A stretch of DNA of 64,000 nt from a virus. Positions 30,024-39,157 of the stretch are shown here, piece after piece. Location of the stretch: positions 64,001 through 128,000 of IMG/VR virus record IMGVR_UViG_3300028392_000034, one strand, 5' to 3'. Both the position numbers and the translations under genes were made by a program. A model generated the notes under the pieces. It made no database searches and was not told where the DNA came from. It saw only the letters and a program-made list of their open reading frames with translations. Positions within the stretch are counted from its first letter, which is position 1. Every line of letters starts with the position of its first letter.

Positions 30024-30026
30024 AGT

Positions 30027-30272
30027 ATGACAAACCCTTTTGAACAGATAGTGGCCTTTGCCGATCAAGATAGTAAAATTCGTAAATCTATCTCTCAACA
30101 ACAATTCGAGCAATGGCGCCAGGAGTTCAGTTTTGATGCCTTGTACGGCATTAGATACGGGCAAAGTTTTTGTAATCACTTTGGTATTACTGATAATATT
30201 CTGTTTTATACCTTCGACGATCCAGCCAAAGCTGATCTTTACATAAAGAAACACTACATTGCACGACCCTGA
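30027..30272 (+). CDS. Hypothetical protein (leaderless)
   Basis: RYGQSFCNHF; TTGACA-18-TAAAAT upstream. Confidence 0.65.
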   Translation: MTNPFEQIVAFADQDSKIRKSISQQQFEQWRQEFSFDALYGIRYGQSFCNHFGITDNILFYTFDDPAKADLYIKKHYIARP

Positions 30273-30477
30273 ATATATCCACTCAATCACGGTTGCCCTG
30301 GACAACAAAGATGACATGTTGAGGTGGGATCAAATCTGTATTGACGCCATTGATCTGTTCGGCTTGCCTGGTGGTAGATACATAACTGATATTGGTGGCA
30401 ACTCAATGGATTGGATTTTTCGAGACCAACAAGATGCATTACTTTTTAAATTGAAATTCAGCGAGGTCGTATGTTAG
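30259..30477 (+). CDS. Small protein of the FxDxxDAxxFxLxW family
   Basis: WIFRDQQDALLFKLKF. Confidence 0.6.
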   Translation: MHDPEYIHSITVALDNKDDMLRWDQICIDAIDLFGLPGGRYITDIGGNSMDWIFRDQQDALLFKLKFSEVVC

Positions 30478-30878
30478 AAAAGAATTTATATTTTGCTTAT
30501 GGTGCCAACATGCATCCAGAAGCCATGTCATGGCGTTGTCCTAAAGCTCAAGCCGATGGTGCTTTTATTCTGCAGGATTGGCAATTGAAATTCTACAACC
30601 ACGCCACCGTTGAGCCATGCAGAGGTGCAGAAGTAGCCGGAGTCTTATGGAACATTACTGCTGATTGCGAACGTAGTCTGGATGCATTTGAAGGATATCC
30701 GCACTACTACACCAAACGCACTTGGACACAAGATGGAGTAGAATTTTTCTTTTATGAAATGACCAGTCCTAAATCAGGCCGGCCTGGTGCAGGATATGTA
30801 TCTGACATTGCAGAAAGTTATGCACTTTGGCAATTGCCTACCGAGTTATTAACCGAGTCCTTGCAGTCACATGCCTAA
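30471..30878 (+). CDS. Gamma-glutamylcyclotransferase (AIG2-like)
   Basis: YFAYGANM, GVLW, LDAFEGYP. Confidence 0.88.
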   Translation: MLEKNLYFAYGANMHPEAMSWRCPKAQADGAFILQDWQLKFYNHATVEPCRGAEVAGVLWNITADCERSLDAFEGYPHYYTKRTWTQDGVEFFFYEMTSPKSGRPGAGYVSDIAESYALWQLPTELLTESLQSHA

Positions 30879-31137
30879 CGTCCAAGTTGAATCTGCTGAT
30901 CAGTTGTTACAAAGTCCCATGCAGTTTATGCGGGACAAAGACAGTTTTGATCATGCCTGTAGAATTCAAAAAAACTATGGTGTGTTGGAAGAGATCCTGG
31001 ACTGGTCCAAAAAATCATTGATAGACCAATGGCGATGGCAACTGGTCACTGTGAGTTCTAACGATCGACCCGGGGAATATATTTTCTATTTTGATAGCGA
31101 GCGTGATTACTTGGCATTTGTAATGAAATGGAGTTGA
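30871..31137 (+). CDS. Small protein of the FxDxxDAxxFxLxW family
   Basis: YIFYFDSERDYLAFVMKW. Confidence 0.6.
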   Translation: MPNVQVESADQLLQSPMQFMRDKDSFDHACRIQKNYGVLEEILDWSKKSLIDQWRWQLVTVSSNDRPGEYIFYFDSERDYLAFVMKWS

Positions 31138-31138
31138 T

Positions 31139-31888
31139 GTGACAGTAGATAATTTTGTAGTGTTAGACAGTGTATATGGTCGATTCATTGTGGCTAGGAC
31201 CTGTTTGTTTCAAGCAGAAGCATTGGTCAAAACTGGACGTACCCATATCGAGTCAGAACTGGCCAATATCTTTGCCATTATTGATACCTTGCCTGCAGAT
31301 GCGGTCATTGTGGATGGTGGAGCCAATGTTGGATTCTTTACTGTGCCTGTGGCCCATAGAACACAAGGCCGCGGCACTAGGATCGTTAGCTTTGAACCAC
31401 AGCGTCAATTATTCCAAGCCTTGGGTGGCAGTTTGGCACTGAATGGATATCGCCATGTGTATCTGCACAATTGCGGACTTGGTGCAGAACCCGGTATAGC
31501 CCAACTGCCCGAGGTCAATTACAGTGAAGTGCAAGATTTTGGTACTGTGTCGTTAACAGATGAAACTACCGTAGATGAAGATGGTTGGATGAACGACCGT
31601 GTGGTAAACATCACCAGTATTGACGCTATGGCATTGGCCAGACTGGATTTTTTTAAACTGGACGTAGAAGGCTACGAAGTTCCAGCACTAACCGGCGCAC
31701 TTGCAACCATAAAGCAACACCGTCCGTGGATTTGGGTTGAATATTTTATCACCGGAGCGGATCCAATTAAAACGGCTTTGGCTGAACTGGATGACTATGT
31801 TTTTTATTTGGTTGATTATCAAAATATGCTGGCGGCTCCTAAAGAACGACTAGTTAGCATCACTACAACAGGACTAAAAGAGGTATAA
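31139..31888 (+). CDS. FkbM family SAM-dependent methyltransferase
   Basis: DGGANVG, SFEPQ, KLDVEGYE. Confidence 0.9.
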   Translation: MTVDNFVVLDSVYGRFIVARTCLFQAEALVKTGRTHIESELANIFAIIDTLPADAVIVDGGANVGFFTVPVAHRTQGRGTRIVSFEPQRQLFQALGGSLALNGYRHVYLHNCGLGAEPGIAQLPEVNYSEVQDFGTVSLTDETTVDEDGWMNDRVVNITSIDAMALARLDFFKLDVEGYEVPALTGALATIKQHRPWIWVEYFITGADPIKTALAELDDYVFYLVDYQNMLAAPKERLVSITTTGLKEV

Positions 31889-31889
31889 T

Positions 31890-32084
31890 ATGACAATGGC
31901 AACACGATTTACATCACCGGATGGTAAGATATTTGTAGTAGAAGAAGTTCGACAGGTTGAAAAGGAACTGTGGGTTTACTATAATAATGCCACTACCGGG
32001 CAAAAATACTCATGTCTGTTGGATGCATTTAGCCAGCGATTTCAACCATTGGTAAACGAATCTCGCAGGGTTAGTGGGCACTAA
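31890..32084 (+). CDS. Hypothetical protein
   Basis: GAGG SD; YSCLLDAFSQRF. Confidence 0.55.
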   Translation: MTMATRFTSPDGKIFVVEEVRQVEKELWVYYNNATTGQKYSCLLDAFSQRFQPLVNESRRVSGH

Positions 32085-32092
32085 CCTACAGG

Positions 32093-32121
32093 TTGACACC
32101 AAGTTATAATGATGTTATACT
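32093..32121 (+). promoter_or_regulatory. sigma70-like promoter of the ParB-nuclease-MTase operon
   Basis: TTGACA-17-TATACT, preceded by palindrome GGTTAGTG-GG-CACTAACC. Confidence 0.7.
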
Positions 32122-32185
32122 AGTGCTGTAGTAACAATTTATCAACTAATCCCGCATTGTGTCGGGTAACGAAGGAAAAAGTAAA

Positions 32186-33235
32186 ATGGCCGCAAAACGC
32201 CTTGTCCGTAAATTTACGGAAGTTGTCGCAGAAGTAGAATCACAGCTCAAAGCACACTACGAAGTCACAGAAAAAGATCTGGCGGCTTGGCGAGCTCGTG
32301 CAAAAGCTCTAGTTCATACATTCCCACATAGTACCATGATTACCATAGAAGATCTTTGGATTGACTATGAAGTCCAACGTGACGTTATTCATAAACATGT
32401 TATCAACATTATGAAAAAATGGGATCCACGTATTTGTAGTCCAGGAAGTGCATGCCGTATTAAGGGCAGTAATATCTATTTGTATGATGCTCAACATCGT
32501 ACCTTGGCCGCAGCCATCCTTGGCTATACAGAAATTCCTTGTGCTGTAGTAGAAACTGATGACCCAAACTTTGCTTCGTATGCGTTTGAAATGTTAAACG
32601 ACACTGGAGTCAAGCGTCTTAATCCCGGCGACTTGCATCGTAATGCTTTGGTGCGTTACAAAAATGGCAGTCGTGATATCAAGAACGTTCGTGCCAGAAC
32701 TATGCAAGATCAATTTGACAACAACGGTATTGACCTGCAAGACAAAGGTAGCCGTGCCAGTGATAACCTACGTGGTGACAACGACTACTTCTTTAGTCAC
32801 TTTAAGTATGCACAAAAAGGCATTGAGCTAGACGAGACTGGTCGGATCTTGAGTCAGATACTTGCGGCTGTTAAATCTGTGTATCCATTACAAGAAGAAA
32901 TTGATCAAGGTGTTTTTATTGGCCTCTATGAATTGCAACGACTGGCTGGCACTGCTGGCACAGTTCAGTTACCCGCAGACTGGATGAAAACACTATTAGA
33001 ATCTTGTAGGCAGACGTTTAGAAGCAGTCACTTGATGCATGCCAAAGCAAAGATTCAATGGGAGCACAGTCACCCTGGCGCAGGTTGGGTCGCTCCAACT
33101 GCCATGAGTAACTTCCTGCGTGAATTGCACCTACGCAATGGTGGCGATTTAAACTTACCATTCCACGGTGCTGGCGCCAAGGTTGGTATCGAAGATGGTA
33201 ATACGGCTCCTGGCTTGTTTCCTGAGGAGAATTGA
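32186..33235 (+). CDS. ParB/Srx-like (DGQHR-type) domain protein
   Basis: IDYEVQR...YDAQHRTLA...IPCAVVE; AAGGA SD before ATG 32186. Confidence 0.7.
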   Translation: MAAKRLVRKFTEVVAEVESQLKAHYEVTEKDLAAWRARAKALVHTFPHSTMITIEDLWIDYEVQRDVIHKHVINIMKKWDPRICSPGSACRIKGSNIYLYDAQHRTLAAAILGYTEIPCAVVETDDPNFASYAFEMLNDTGVKRLNPGDLHRNALVRYKNGSRDIKNVRARTMQDQFDNNGIDLQDKGSRASDNLRGDNDYFFSHFKYAQKGIELDETGRILSQILAAVKSVYPLQEEIDQGVFIGLYELQRLAGTAGTVQLPADWMKTLLESCRQTFRSSHLMHAKAKIQWEHSHPGAGWVAPTAMSNFLRELHLRNGGDLNLPFHGAGAKVGIEDGNTAPGLFPEEN

Positions 33236-33236
33236 A

Positions 33237-33701
33237 ATGAACGAGCAAAAATTTATTGAGTTGTTGAACAACAAAAAAAAGTTAATGTCGTTGGTGCCCA
33301 CACATCCATACGACACAAATTATAAAGTCATGTTTGAAAAAGTTCCGGCCTGGTATCAGGTCGTGATGGGATTAAGTGAAAACTTATCAAATTCTAAAAA
33401 ACGAGCAAAAAAATTTAAATGGGACTGCAATTTGGATTTGCCTTACCTGGCTGAATTATGGATTGCTCAAAATGGAAAATGTTCATTAACTGGCCAATGG
33501 TTGGATCATGTCAGCGGCACTCCAGAATATAAAAATCCATATCGTGCTAGTGTTGATCGCATCGACAACACCAGAGGGTATGTCAAAGGAAATGTAAGAC
33601 TGTTAACACACTGGGCCAATAATGCTAAAAGCACTTGGTCTGACTCAATCTTTGAAACTTTTGTTAAAACATCTAACCAGGTATTAACGGAAAATGCTTA
33701 A
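33237..33701 (+). CDS. HNH-type endonuclease-like protein
   Basis: QNGKCSLTG...ASVDRIDNTRGYVKGNVRL....N.AKS. Confidence 0.8.
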   Translation: MNEQKFIELLNNKKKLMSLVPTHPYDTNYKVMFEKVPAWYQVVMGLSENLSNSKKRAKKFKWDCNLDLPYLAELWIAQNGKCSLTGQWLDHVSGTPEYKNPYRASVDRIDNTRGYVKGNVRLLTHWANNAKSTWSDSIFETFVKTSNQVLTENA

Positions 33702-34251
33702 AGAATCCTTGGACCAATTCACAGCACCAATCTATGGTAAGACTCAACGCAGTCCTGAAACATATCGTACAGTAGCTGCTCGTTGCCGTAGAAATCTCAC
33801 TAGGTTAGTAGAAGAGTACCACGGCGTGGAAAATAACCAGCAAGAGTTACGAGAAATACGCAACGACATTGATGATAACCTACGTAGATATCACGAATAC
33901 TGTATTCAACAACGTGATGGTATGAAAGCACACTATCACGAAATTGGTGCCGATGAAGACTGTGACTTTGAACACTTGATACCAGCGGCCCGTATTCGCG
34001 ATCTGTTGTTAGCTGACTGTATCACTGTGGATCAAGCTCTTAATGCTCCTACTGTAGTTTTAAGTCGTGCCAAACACATGGCACTGAAAGATGCTGGATG
34101 GGCCAGCAAGACTCCAGACATGTGGTTGCCGTTTCGTCGATACACTAATGTATTTGAGGCTACGTATCAAACACACGACGGAACAGCAGTAGATCCAACT
34201 ACTTGGACCTTGGAACGACATTTTGATTACTTTAAACACTTGGTGATTTAA
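33694..34251 (+). CDS. Putative HNH-like nuclease
   Basis: DFEHLIP...H motif; RY near the C-terminus. Confidence 0.5.
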   Translation: MLKESLDQFTAPIYGKTQRSPETYRTVAARCRRNLTRLVEEYHGVENNQQELREIRNDIDDNLRRYHEYCIQQRDGMKAHYHEIGADEDCDFEHLIPAARIRDLLLADCITVDQALNAPTVVLSRAKHMALKDAGWASKTPDMWLPFRRYTNVFEATYQTHDGTAVDPTTWTLERHFDYFKHLVI

Positions 34252-34252
34252 C

Positions 34253-34897
34253 ATGGAAGTTCAAAGCCATGGTGTGGTATTTGAGGACAGTGTAGTCAGA
34301 TCTATCACTGGCCTGAGCAAAGCCGAATATCAAACCCGATTAACTCATGCCTACTTTGCCACTATGGATGTGGTCAAAGGCATTGAGAGCGACGTCAATT
34401 ACAGTATCAAAGTCAGCAAAGGCCGAGACATTGGCTGTGCTAATATACTTAGATTTATTGACCATTGTCGAGACACGGAATTTACTATGGTGGTTGGTGT
34501 ATGGCAACAGATAACGCCCACAGTCAAACGCTATACCTGCATCTACGAATTTGACGTCACTCCTGCTCATTACAATCTGTTATGGGCCAATGTTAACAAA
34601 GAAACTGTTGAACAATTTGTTGAATATGTTAAGAGTGTGCCGCACGGACCAGAAGGACAACGAGCGCATAGGAAGCTGTGGAAACAAAAACGCAAGGAAA
34701 TTTATGAAACTTACGGTCAAGGACTTTGTCAAATTGATGCCAAGATTGACAGTAAACGACAACGCAGGGTTCAAGGTCGTTTTAGAATCAAAGATCTGAT
34801 TACAGCACAAGCAATTCCGCATCGTAAATATGAAACAGCATATCGAGGCATCCAACTTCCATATGAACAAGCCAGTGGACCAAGACAGTTTGATTGA
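34253..34897 (+). CDS. Putative PD-(D/E)xK restriction-endonuclease-like protein
   Basis: QSHGVVFE...MD...YSIK...KIDSKRQRRVQ. Confidence 0.55.
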   Translation: MEVQSHGVVFEDSVVRSITGLSKAEYQTRLTHAYFATMDVVKGIESDVNYSIKVSKGRDIGCANILRFIDHCRDTEFTMVVGVWQQITPTVKRYTCIYEFDVTPAHYNLLWANVNKETVEQFVEYVKSVPHGPEGQRAHRKLWKQKRKEIYETYGQGLCQIDAKIDSKRQRRVQGRFRIKDLITAQAIPHRKYETAYRGIQLPYEQASGPRQFD

Positions 34898-36035
34898 TCA
34901 ATACTACCAACAACTATGTGACGAGTGGGGATACACACCTACTGTTGATGTCTGCACGGGCTACGAACCGGTTATGCCGAGACTTCGCGCCTTGGGCAAA
35001 GATGTATGGACCAAGGCTGACGATGCTGGCAAAGAATCTATCCAACAAGAAGTATTTGACATCTATAGATCAGTGGGCATAGTTCCTATTACTTACTACA
35101 GCCTAGATGGATGTCGTGCTCAGGTCAATGACTTGGCAACCAAAACCAAATCAGTTAGAAACAGTCAACTGGGTGTGGGCAACAACGAAGGTCTAGCTTT
35201 TGGTCGCTTTTGGTTTCCTAACATGCAGGACGCCAAGTGGAACGACAATGCCACAGTGAGCATTCGTGCTAGATTCAATCACGATAACAAACTCAAACGT
35301 GCCATTAAGTTGGCCTATGTTCACAGAGATGAAGGTGAAGACACAGTCATACCCAAAAACATACGCAGAGCATTGGAACTAGTCAATGGTGGCACTATAC
35401 AAAACTTCAAGCCCATGAATGCTCGTGCAGTATGGGAACACATTTGCCCTGTGTTCCGTGGCAACTTGTTGGACTTTAGTTCAGGCTATGGCGGACGCAT
35501 GTTTGGCTCAATGACCAGCAATCTACGTTATCACTATACGGGTTTAGATCCCAACACCAGAACCTTTCAAGGACTTGAAGCCCTGGGTGCATTACTAGAC
35601 GAACAAGGGCATGGTGCCGGATATCGGATGCATTGTGTTCCTAGCGAAGAATTTGAGCCTGAACCGGGTTTTTATGATGCAGCATTTTCAAGTCCACCTT
35701 ACTTCAATTTGGAAACTTACACGGACGAGCCTACTCAGTGTATGAATCGTTATACCACCTTAGATGAATGGTTTGATGACTACGTGGCCAAGACTGTTGC
35801 AATGACACATAAGGCTTTGGCCGCAGACAGTCTATATGCTGTGAACATCGCTGATTATAAGAACGGCAAGCAAGAGTTTAAAATTGTTGACCGCTGGATT
35901 CGATTGGCTGAATCTGTAGGATTTCGACACGTAGAAACTGTGGACATGATTTTAAATGTGCGCCCAGGGGTCGGAAACGGCAAACTTGAGAAGGCTTACA
36001 AGTCAGAAGGAATTTACATCTTCCAGAAAAACTAG
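34830..36035 (+). CDS. Amino (N6-A / N4-C) DNA methyltransferase
   Basis: Motif I DFSSGYGG and motif IV SSPPYF; start uncertain (34830/34863/34875). Confidence 0.85.
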   Translation: MKQHIEASNFHMNKPVDQDSLIDQYYQQLCDEWGYTPTVDVCTGYEPVMPRLRALGKDVWTKADDAGKESIQQEVFDIYRSVGIVPITYYSLDGCRAQVNDLATKTKSVRNSQLGVGNNEGLAFGRFWFPNMQDAKWNDNATVSIRARFNHDNKLKRAIKLAYVHRDEGEDTVIPKNIRRALELVNGGTIQNFKPMNARAVWEHICPVFRGNLLDFSSGYGGRMFGSMTSNLRYHYTGLDPNTRTFQGLEALGALLDEQGHGAGYRMHCVPSEEFEPEPGFYDAAFSSPPYFNLETYTDEPTQCMNRYTTLDEWFDDYVAKTVAMTHKALAADSLYAVNIADYKNGKQEFKIVDRWIRLAESVGFRHVETVDMILNVRPGVGNGKLEKAYKSEGIYIFQKN

Positions 36036-36062
36036 TATAATTACTTACTTGCAGGAGTTATT

Positions 36063-36311
36063 ATGGGCAATCAAACTGATTATTTCAACCGCATAGGTTA
36101 CCAATCAACATATCAAATCGGCGATAGAGTATTTGGTCGATTCAACGACATTCCTTTTGTAGGAACAGTTGGAAACGATCGCGTAGTCAGTCCTGCTGGC
36201 CCAGAAATAACTATTCACTTGGATTTACCAATCCGAATCAATGGCGAAGTAAAGAATTTTATTGTCGTCAAACATCAAGATATCAAACAAACTTTAAAGG
36301 AAATATTATGA
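36063..36311 (+). CDS. Hypothetical SH3-like protein
   Basis: AGGAG SD; YQIGDRVFG. Confidence 0.65.
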   Translation: MGNQTDYFNRIGYQSTYQIGDRVFGRFNDIPFVGTVGNDRVVSPAGPEITIHLDLPIRINGEVKNFIVVKHQDIKQTLKEIL

Positions 36312-36853
36312 AAACAGTTGGTGATAAATTAGAAAAATTCGCTGTAACAGGTGTTAAGCCAGGACAACCAGAAGATGCATTCTTCGAAATCACAGACGAG
36401 AGCTTTGCTGGCAAGTGGAAAGTAATCGTTTACTATCCAAAGGACTTTACATTTGTATGTCCTACAGAAATCGTAGCCTACGATAAACTAGCCAGTGACT
36501 TTGCTGACCGTGACGCAGTATTGCTTACAGGTAGCACAGACAATGAGTTCTGCAAAGTGGCATGGCAAACGGCACACGCCGATCTAAAGAAAATTACCCA
36601 CATGCAGTTCGCAGACACACAGCGTGGTGAGTTGAGCTTGATTGAACAACTGGGTGTATTCTATGCGCCAGCAGGTGCCGCACTTCGTGCAACATTTATT
36701 GTTGACCCAGACAACACGATCCAACACGTTACAGTCAACAACTTGAATGTGGGTCGCTCACCAGAAGAAACACTTCGTGTATTGGATTCTTGCCAAACTG
36801 GAGAATTGTGTCAGTGTAATAGACAAGTGGGTCAAGAAACACTAGGCAAGTAA
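36308..36853 (+). CDS. ahpC: Peroxiredoxin AhpC
   Basis: YPKDFTFVCPTE, RATFIVDP, GRSPEE. Confidence 0.95.
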   Translation: MKTVGDKLEKFAVTGVKPGQPEDAFFEITDESFAGKWKVIVYYPKDFTFVCPTEIVAYDKLASDFADRDAVLLTGSTDNEFCKVAWQTAHADLKKITHMQFADTQRGELSLIEQLGVFYAPAGAALRATFIVDPDNTIQHVTVNNLNVGRSPEETLRVLDSCQTGELCQCNRQVGQETLGK

Positions 36854-36937
36854 ATGGAAGGATTGGTGATAAATAATAGTGTAGTTCACGGGACGGCAAT
36901 CCCCAACTACTCTAATGCTACAAAGGAGCAATCAGCA

Positions 36938-37846
36938 ATGATATTTATCACCAACCGATACACTCGTATCTACTTTTCTATAATAGAAACTGCTAGATCA
37001 AGAGTGCTATCAAAAGACCATTACAAAGAAACTCATCATATTATTCCTCGTTCGATGGGCGGGGATAATTCTTCTGGTAATCTAGTTAACTTAACTGCTA
37101 GAGAACATTTTATCTGTCATAAACTTTTAGTAAGAATGACTGAAGGTGAGTCTAGAGGTAAAATGGCATTTGCGTTAGTATTGATGTCTGGTAAGAACGG
37201 TAGTAAGATTTATGATTCTACTAAAAAACTTTTAGCCGAACGAATGAGTAACTTACACCTCGGAAAGATTCCAGTTACCAATGGAGTTGTTGACAAAGCG
37301 ATATTCGCAGGTGATAGTATTCCTGAAGGATTTTATCCGGGATTTTCACCTCTTACCATTAAGAAGCACGGTGCCGGCAACAAGGGGAAGAAGTGGATTA
37401 CTGATGGGAATGTGTCATACCAAATAAAACATAATATTCTTCCGGAAGGATTTTACTGGGGACAGGCAGATTATCAGAAAGAAAAATCTAGCCAACCGGG
37501 CGAACTTAATCCAATGTTTGGATTATTTTTTATCACAAACGGAACAACTAATTCTGTCTGTAATAATCTAGATAACATCCCCGAAGGATGGTATAAAGGT
37601 AAAATAGAAAAGAAAAGTGCGTTAAAAGTTGAGTCAAAACTAGGATCAAAAAATCCTATGTATGGAAGACTTCCACACAATGCCAAATCTATTGAAATCG
37701 ATGGTGTAGTTTATTCATCAATGTCAGAAGCCAGATTAAAAACTGGGTTGTCTAGAAGAACTATAGAAAACTTGGTTAAGTCTGATTTGACTACACCTGC
37801 TGATTGTGTTATACTAAACAAGAAACATTTCGGAGTTGAAGAATGA
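36938..37846 (+). CDS. Free-standing HNH homing endonuclease with repeated WITDG/ITNG DNA-binding modules
   Basis: ETHHIIPRSMGG.N...NLVNLTAREHFICHKLL; NPMYG; SD AAGGAG before ATG 36938. Confidence 0.88.
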   Translation: MIFITNRYTRIYFSIIETARSRVLSKDHYKETHHIIPRSMGGDNSSGNLVNLTAREHFICHKLLVRMTEGESRGKMAFALVLMSGKNGSKIYDSTKKLLAERMSNLHLGKIPVTNGVVDKAIFAGDSIPEGFYPGFSPLTIKKHGAGNKGKKWITDGNVSYQIKHNILPEGFYWGQADYQKEKSSQPGELNPMFGLFFITNGTTNSVCNNLDNIPEGWYKGKIEKKSALKVESKLGSKNPMYGRLPHNAKSIEIDGVVYSSMSEARLKTGLSRRTIENLVKSDLTTPADCVILNKKHFGVEE

Positions 37847-38113
37847 ACAAACGAATAAACGAACTTGCTGAACAGGTAAGTCCTGTTGCAACTATTGGTA
37901 ATTGGGGCAGAGTTGAATGGTCAGACAATGTCTATCCACAACTTGGTGATAAGATGTATGCGTCTATTGATTTGGAAAAGTTCGCCGAGTTGATTGTGCG
38001 AGAATGTGTTTCTATTTGTCAAGATGTAGATGGCGAAGATAACATTGATGCTAGGTCAGGTAGGCAGGATTGTGCTGTAGAGATTAGAGAACATTTCGGA
38101 GTTGATGAATGAA
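37824..38113 (+). repeat. 24-bp direct repeat pair (37824-37847 and 38090-38113)
   Basis: AACATTTCGGAGTTGA(A/T)GAATGAA, 23/24 identical. Confidence 0.85.
37843..38112 (+). CDS. Phage protein of the MN.RI.ELAEQ...KFAELIVREC...HFGV family
   Basis: Motif pattern; flanked by 24-bp direct repeats. Confidence 0.75.
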   Translation: MNKRINELAEQVSPVATIGNWGRVEWSDNVYPQLGDKMYASIDLEKFAELIVRECVSICQDVDGEDNIDARSGRQDCAVEIREHFGVDE

Positions 38114-38134
38114 TAACATTAAAAGGAAAACAAA

Positions 38135-38641
38135 ATGAGTTTTATTGAATCAGTAAAAGGTGCTTTGCCAGACTATGCCAAAGATACAAAATTGAATCTG
38201 GATGCAGTATTACTTCGTAGCACATTAGATGCAGATGTGGCCATGGGTTGTGCTGTGGCCGCACTGGCCGCAACTGGCAATGGTAAAATCCTATCAGTAA
38301 TTTTGGCAGATTCTCCGGTATATGCCGAGTCAGCAATGACAGCGGCCAGCATCATGTCCCAAAACAACGTTTGGTACCCCTATGTTGAGATGGCCGATGA
38401 TCCTGCATTAAAAGGTTTGCCAGCAGGTTTACGTATGAACGCTATTGCTAATCATGGCGGCACAACCAAAAGCAATTTTGAAGCATTTAGTTTGGCCGCA
38501 AGCATTGTGGGCAAGTGTCATTTCTGTGTAAAAGCACACTATGAAACATTGAAGCAAGAAGGCTATACTGTGGAACAACTTCGTGACATTGGCCGTATCG
38601 CGTCAGTTATGAATTCAGTGGCTCGAGTGCTAAACAGCTGA
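38135..38641 (+). CDS. ahpD: Alkyl hydroperoxide reductase AhpD
   Basis: LPDYAKD.KLNL, NNVWY, E..SLAAS...KCHFCVKAH. Confidence 0.93.
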   Translation: MSFIESVKGALPDYAKDTKLNLDAVLLRSTLDADVAMGCAVAALAATGNGKILSVILADSPVYAESAMTAASIMSQNNVWYPYVEMADDPALKGLPAGLRMNAIANHGGTTKSNFEAFSLAASIVGKCHFCVKAHYETLKQEGYTVEQLRDIGRIASVMNSVARVLNS

Positions 38642-38664
38642 TCTGTTGTGTAAAAACAACACCC

Positions 38665-38692
38665 AAAAACCCTACTTTTTGTAGGGTTTTTT
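38665..38692 (+). terminator. Rho-independent terminator
   Basis: AAAAACCCTAC-TTTTT-GTAGGGTTTTTT. Confidence 0.8.
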
Positions 38693-38764
38693 GTGGTCAG
38701 TGCCCACTAACTCAGTGGCCACAATTCGGTTGACTCAAAATACTCCATTTGCTATAATACTTGT

Positions 38765-39091
38765 ATGGAAGTTAAAAAGCAAACCCGAAAACGCCGTCAA
38801 GACAGCAACCATGCTGTCTATACCATAACCAACTTGGTCACAGGCGATTACTACATTGGTATTACCGTGTGCTCAGGTAGCATAAAACGGGCCCTAAAAG
38901 TGCGTTTTCAGAAGCACGTTCGCCGTGCAGTAACTGAAGAAAAAGTGTGGGCTTTATGCAACAGTATCCGTGAATATGGTGCTGAGATGCATACTGTTGA
39001 ATTTGTTGAAAAAGTCCGCGGTCGCAAGCCAGCCCATGCACGTGAGCGCGAGCTGATTCGCGAATATGCGCCAGCTCTAAATACACATTGA
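38765..39091 (+). CDS. GIY-YIG nuclease-like protein (leaderless)
   Basis: AVYTITN...YYIG...RFQKH...ERELI...LN. Confidence 0.8.
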   Translation: MEVKKQTRKRRQDSNHAVYTITNLVTGDYYIGITVCSGSIKRALKVRFQKHVRRAVTEEKVWALCNSIREYGAEMHTVEFVEKVRGRKPAHARERELIREYAPALNTH

Positions 39092-39095
39092 TTTA

Positions 39096-39150
39096 GGTTG
39101 ACCAAAAAAGCCATTTCGGTTATAATACTTGTATAGAAACTAAAAAGGAG
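39096..39150 (+). promoter_or_regulatory. Early promoter-RBS cassette, copy 3
   Basis: GGTTGACC...TATAATACTTGTATAGAAACTAAAAAGGAG. Confidence 0.85.
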
Positions 39151-39157
39151 CAGAAAA

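Noticed and set aside
36308-37846. Group I intron or intein in ahpC carrying the HNH
   Set aside because: ahpC is complete with its own stop codon; the HNH is free-standing; no second exon or intron core was recognised.
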